Of a stretch of 64,000 bases of DNA, positions 60,479 to 64,000 are shown piece after piece; position 1 is the first letter of the stretch, and every line of letters starts with the position of its first letter. The stretch lies in NCBI GenBank assembly GCA_963830365.1, contig CAWHMU010000045.1, forward strand, positions 128,001 to 192,000, given 5' to 3'. The translations under genes were made by a program, and so were the position numbers. The notes under the pieces are model-generated. The model worked only from the letters and a program-made list of their open reading frames with translations, did not search any database and was not told the DNA's origin. Source of the DNA: an uncultured Chlamydiae bacterium. GTDB lineage: Bacteria > Chlamydiota > Chlamydiia > Chlamydiales > Parachlamydiaceae.

Positions 60479-60904
60479 CTATTTCTTATCCAGGATGGCC
60501 ATGCGCAGGCGGCTGACGGATACGAGCTGCCCCTGTTCATTGCTGATGTTGATTTCCCAAAGCTGGGTGGATTGTCCAAGATGCAGCGGACGGGCGGTGC
60601 CGAAGACGTAGCCTGAGCGGGCCATCTTGACATGGCTGGTATTGATTTCAAGGCCGACGCAGATTTTCTTTTCAAGATCGATACAGCATGAGGCTGCCAT
60701 GCTGGCAATCGTTTCGGCCAGTGCGCAGGAGGCGCCGCCATGCATGATGCCGAAAGGCTGTTTGGTGCGGTGGTCGACGGGCATTTTGGCCGACAAGAAA
60801 TCATCGCCGATCTCGGTGAATTCAATGCCGATATGGTCGACCATGGTATTAACGCGTGATTTGGTGAGGTCTTCCAAGGTGACGGGCTTAATCCAGATGC
60901 TCAT
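60479..60904 (-). CDS. Hotdog-fold (PaaI/MenI-like) acyl-CoA thioesterase
   Basis: QPFGIMHGGASCALAET and VGLEINTSHV motifs. Confidence 0.9.
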   Translation of the reverse strand: MSIWIKPVTLEDLTKSRVNTMVDHIGIEFTEIGDDFLSAKMPVDHRTKQPFGIMHGGASCALAETIASMAASCCIDLEKKICVGLEINTSHVKMARSGYVFGTARPLHLGQSTQLWEINISNEQGQLVSVSRLRMAILDKK

Positions 60905-60918
60905 AGCTTTATTTCCTT

Positions 60919-61785
60919 TTACGCCGGTGCATTGAATGGGGAACGGAATTTCCTGTCAGGATCGACCATATCCCATTTGTCAATCAGGCTATCATAGGTG
61001 CCGTTTTTTTTAAGCGTCCTTAGGGCCTCGCTGAAATTATTAATTAAAGTTTCCGATGCTTCATCTTTGAGAGATATCAAGCGCAGGCCTTGATCGGTAA
61101 GCGGGGGGGTAGCGATCTTCAGTTGGCCGGTATAGAATTTATTCAGCATCGTATAGGCCGGCAGGGCATCCATAATGACGCCGTCGATCCGGTCTTTGGA
61201 GAGGGCTTCCAAAGCTTTATTTATGGTGGGATAGGTGACAAAAATGAGATTGTATACATTGGCGCCGCTTTGCCGGATGGCATTGAAGGTCAATGGCAGG
61301 CCATATCCGACGCCGATGGTAAGACCCTGCATCTGCTTCAGTGAGCTGATGGCGGCATCCTGGCGGACGATAAGCACCGGCCCGAACTTGATGATGAGCT
61401 CGGAAAAGGCATATTTCTGCTGATTGTAGATATCTGGACGTTCGGAAGAAAGGATGGCATCATAGCTGCCGTCATCGAGGCCTTCAAATAAAGTATCGTG
61501 CGTGGTGTCGTGCCAGGCAAAGCGAAATTCTGCCTGATGGGCGATGGTTTCCAGCAGATCATTGGTAAAGGCTAGTAAATTTCTTTCGCGGCCGATCAGC
61601 TGCATGGCGTTCCAGCTGTTATCGCGGCCGATGATATAGGTGTGGTTGCTGCCTACATGATGCCGGCCGCAGGCGCGCATGGATAGGATGATAATAATGA
61701 TGGCGCACAGAAGGGAGATCCAGAGGGCCGGTTTTTTTAAAAATGGACTTGAAAGCAGTTTTTGGGAGTATTTAAAAATGTTCAT
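60919..61785 (-). CDS. Amino-acid ABC transporter substrate-binding protein (family 3)
   Basis: LFEGLDDGSYDAILS, IDGVIMD and LKKNGTYDSLIDKW motifs. Confidence 0.82.
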   Translation of the reverse strand: MNIFKYSQKLLSSPFLKKPALWISLLCAIIIIILSMRACGRHHVGSNHTYIIGRDNSWNAMQLIGRERNLLAFTNDLLETIAHQAEFRFAWHDTTHDTLFEGLDDGSYDAILSSERPDIYNQQKYAFSELIIKFGPVLIVRQDAAISSLKQMQGLTIGVGYGLPLTFNAIRQSGANVYNLIFVTYPTINKALEALSKDRIDGVIMDALPAYTMLNKFYTGQLKIATPPLTDQGLRLISLKDEASETLINNFSEALRTLKKNGTYDSLIDKWDMVDPDRKFRSPFNAPA

Positions 61786-61803
61786 CGACGGGCAACCTTT
61801 AAC

Positions 61804-64000
61804 CTAAAAAATGCGGCATTTATCAACCACGCTGTACTCATGCCGGATTCTTTCGAGAATCTCTTCATCGGCGGGGCAAGGGGTGATGCCCCATATTTTG
61901 TTGCAGTAATTTTTGATGGATATATCTGTGGAGAATTGTCCCATGCCGGCGATATTATGAATAGCGAATTCGGCCCACTGGGCTGGTTTTTGATATAGTT
62001 CTTCAACTTTCTTTTGCATGTGATAGTAGCTTTCGAGGTCTTTGAGGATAAAATAGCGGTCGGGCGGGTTTCCATAGTGTGACTCGATGAGCTTATGGAA
62101 TAGGTCGCTGAAGGCTTGATGTTCGGCATCTGTATTGGCAAAGGAATGGTCGCGCAGGCTGTCTAGGGCGCGGCGGATTTTGTTGTTGCTTTGGTAGATG
62201 TCGCGGGCTTGGTAGGAGTCTTCTTTTTTCATTTGGTCGATCTCATCGGCAGAGCATCCGAAGGCAAAGGGCCACCACTGATCGGTAATGTCCTTGCGCA
62301 TTTCGATATTTGCCCCGTCATTGGTGCCGATGGTCAGCGCGCCGTTGATGGAGAGCTTCATGTTGCCCGTGCCGGAAGCTTCGGTGCCGGCGGTGGAGAT
62401 CTGTTCCGACAAATCGGCTGCCGGAATGATGATTTCGGCGCGCGAGACATTGTAATTTTCTATGTAGATGATTTTAAGGGCGTTGGCTGTATTTGGGTCT
62501 TTATTGACGCGGCGGGCTACGCAATGGATCAGCCGGATGATATCTTTGGCCGTGTCATAGCTGGCGGCGGCTTTGCCGGCGAAGATGCAGGTGCGTTTGA
62601 TGCGTTCATGCTGGGGGTTTTCACAGATTTCATGATAGAGCATGATGACATGCAGGATATTCATCAACTGGCGTTTGTATTCGTGGATGCGTTTGATTTG
62701 CACATCGAACAGCGAGCCGGCGTCGATGATGGGCGGCGGGGCGAAAAATTCCCCCTTGTCATCGCGCAGCTTGTTTTCCTGGTTGAGGTATTCAATGAGA
62801 TGGAATTTATTTTTCTTCTTGATGGCCAGGAATTCGTCCTGCGTTGAGGCGTCGCCGGCAAAGTTGGCCAGCTTTTTAATTTGGGTGAAGTCTGTGATCC
62901 AGCCGTTGCCGATGCGTTTGGTGATGAATTTAGCAAGTTCGGGATTGCAGTGCAGCAGCCAACGCCGCTGGGTGACGCCATTGGTGATGTTTACAAAGCG
63001 CTCAGGGAAGGCGTCATAGAAGTCTTTGAAGACGCTTTTCTTAAGGATTTCAGTGTGCAGGGCGGCGACTCCATTAACGCTATGCGAGCCGATGATGGCC
63101 AGATTGGCCATGCGCACCTTGTCGTTTTCAAGAATCGACATACGGCGGATTTTGTCTTCGTTATCGGGATAGCGGGCGCGGATGGAATTGCAGAACTCAT
63201 AGTTGAGGCGTTCGATGATTTTGAATTGGCGGGGCAAGAGGTAATAGAAAAGACCCTGTTCCCACTGTTCCAGGGCTTCGCTTAAGATGGTGTGGTTGGT
63301 ATAGCCTGTCACAGCAATCGTCATCTCCACTGCCATCTTCCATGGAATGTCGTGATGCTTGGTCAGGATGCGGATAAGTTCGGCAATGATCAGGGCCGGA
63401 TGGGTATCGTTGATCTGGATGCGCACCTTGTCGGCAAAAGCCCTGAAATTATCGTGGCGGGCCAGATAATGGCGGATGATATCCTGAATGGAGGCCGAAA
63501 CGAGCAGATATTCCTGTTTGAGCCTGACGCGCTTGCCCGTCTCATGATGGTCGCTTGGATATAGCACATCGGTGAGGGCTGTATTTTCGGCCGCCTCATC
63601 CAGCCTGCCGGCATTATAGCGCTGCAGCTGGAAATTGCGCGGCGATTCCTTTGTCGTCCATAGGCGCAGCGTGACGGCCGAGAATTTGCCGCTTTGGCTG
63701 TAGCCGATGATGGGGATGTCATAAGGCAGGGCAGACACTTCTTCGTAATTATTTATCATCAGGATTTCATCGCCATGGATGTTGGTGGCTTCTGACAGCT
63801 GCCCACAATATTTGACGATGACTTTGCGCAGGTCGCGGCGGAATTCCCATGGGTTTTCATTGAGCAGCCAGCAGTCGGGGGCTTCGATCTGCAAGCCGTT
63901 CCAGATTTGCTGCTCGAAGATGCCGTATTGATAGCGCAAGCCATAAGCCTGGGCGGGGTAGTGCATGGTGGCCAGGGAATCGAGGAAGCACGAAGCGAGA
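61804..64000 (-). CDS. glgP: Glycogen phosphorylase, 5' part beyond the window end
   Basis: Frame open to the window end (LASCFLDSLAT); INDTHP, QIKRIHEYKRQ and EASGTGNMK motifs. Confidence 0.97.
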   Translation of the reverse strand, partial: LASCFLDSLATMHYPAQAYGLRYQYGIFEQQIWNGLQIEAPDCWLLNENPWEFRRDLRKVIVKYCGQLSEATNIHGDEILMINNYEEVSALPYDIPIIGYSQSGKFSAVTLRLWTTKESPRNFQLQRYNAGRLDEAAENTALTDVLYPSDHHETGKRVRLKQEYLLVSASIQDIIRHYLARHDNFRAFADKVRIQINDTHPALIIAELIRILTKHHDIPWKMAVEMTIAVTGYTNHTILSEALEQWEQGLFYYLLPRQFKIIERLNYEFCNSIRARYPDNEDKIRRMSILENDKVRMANLAIIGSHSVNGVAALHTEILKKSVFKDFYDAFPERFVNITNGVTQRRWLLHCNPELAKFITKRIGNGWITDFTQIKKLANFAGDASTQDEFLAIKKKNKFHLIEYLNQENKLRDDKGEFFAPPPIIDAGSLFDVQIKRIHEYKRQLMNILHVIMLYHEICENPQHERIKRTCIFAGKAAASYDTAKDIIRLIHCVARRVNKDPNTANALKIIYIENYNVSRAEIIIPAADLSEQISTAGTEASGTGNMKLSINGALTIGTNDGANIEMRKDITDQWWPFAFGCSADEIDQMKKEDSYQARDIYQSNNKIRRALDSLRDHSFANTDAEHQAFSDLFHKLIESHYGNPPDRYFILKDLESYYHMQKKVEELYQKPAQWAEFAIHNIAGMGQFSTDISIKNYCNKIWGITPCPADEEILERIRHEYSVVDKCRIF

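Overview
Chromosomal segment from an environmental chlamydia (Chlamydiota, Parachlamydiales-like). The assignment rests on hctA (Hc1 histone), an NTT nucleotide translocase, a tandem tyrP pair and the exbB/exbD/TPR cluster. The core backbone is nth, mnmE, sdhCAB, tRNA-Ser, trpS, uvrB, a TrmA/RlmD methyltransferase, yajC, mfd, alaS and glgP. Four accessory items stand out. (1) A complete class D (RmInt1-like) group II intron sits inside a REP-like repeat, and its EBS1/EBS2 match that repeat exactly. The repeat family also flanks a nearby transposase made of two fused IS200/Y1 domains. (2) A six-gene cAMP signalling operon encodes a CHASE2 adenylate cyclase (split by a 1-nt frameshift), a FecR-domain protein, a TpsB/FhaC barrel, a YVTN/IPT surface protein, a GAF-PP2C phosphatase and an MBL hydrolase. 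(3) Two unrelated secreted repeat proteins share one C-terminal module. (4) A duplicated region carries a 251-bp MITE and a 104-bp tandem repeat, and the window has many dispersed or nested palindromic repeats. A fadD-fadI-fadJ beta-oxidation operon sits next to a chalcone-isomerase-like gene. All calls come from reading the sequence and ORF track; no searches were run.
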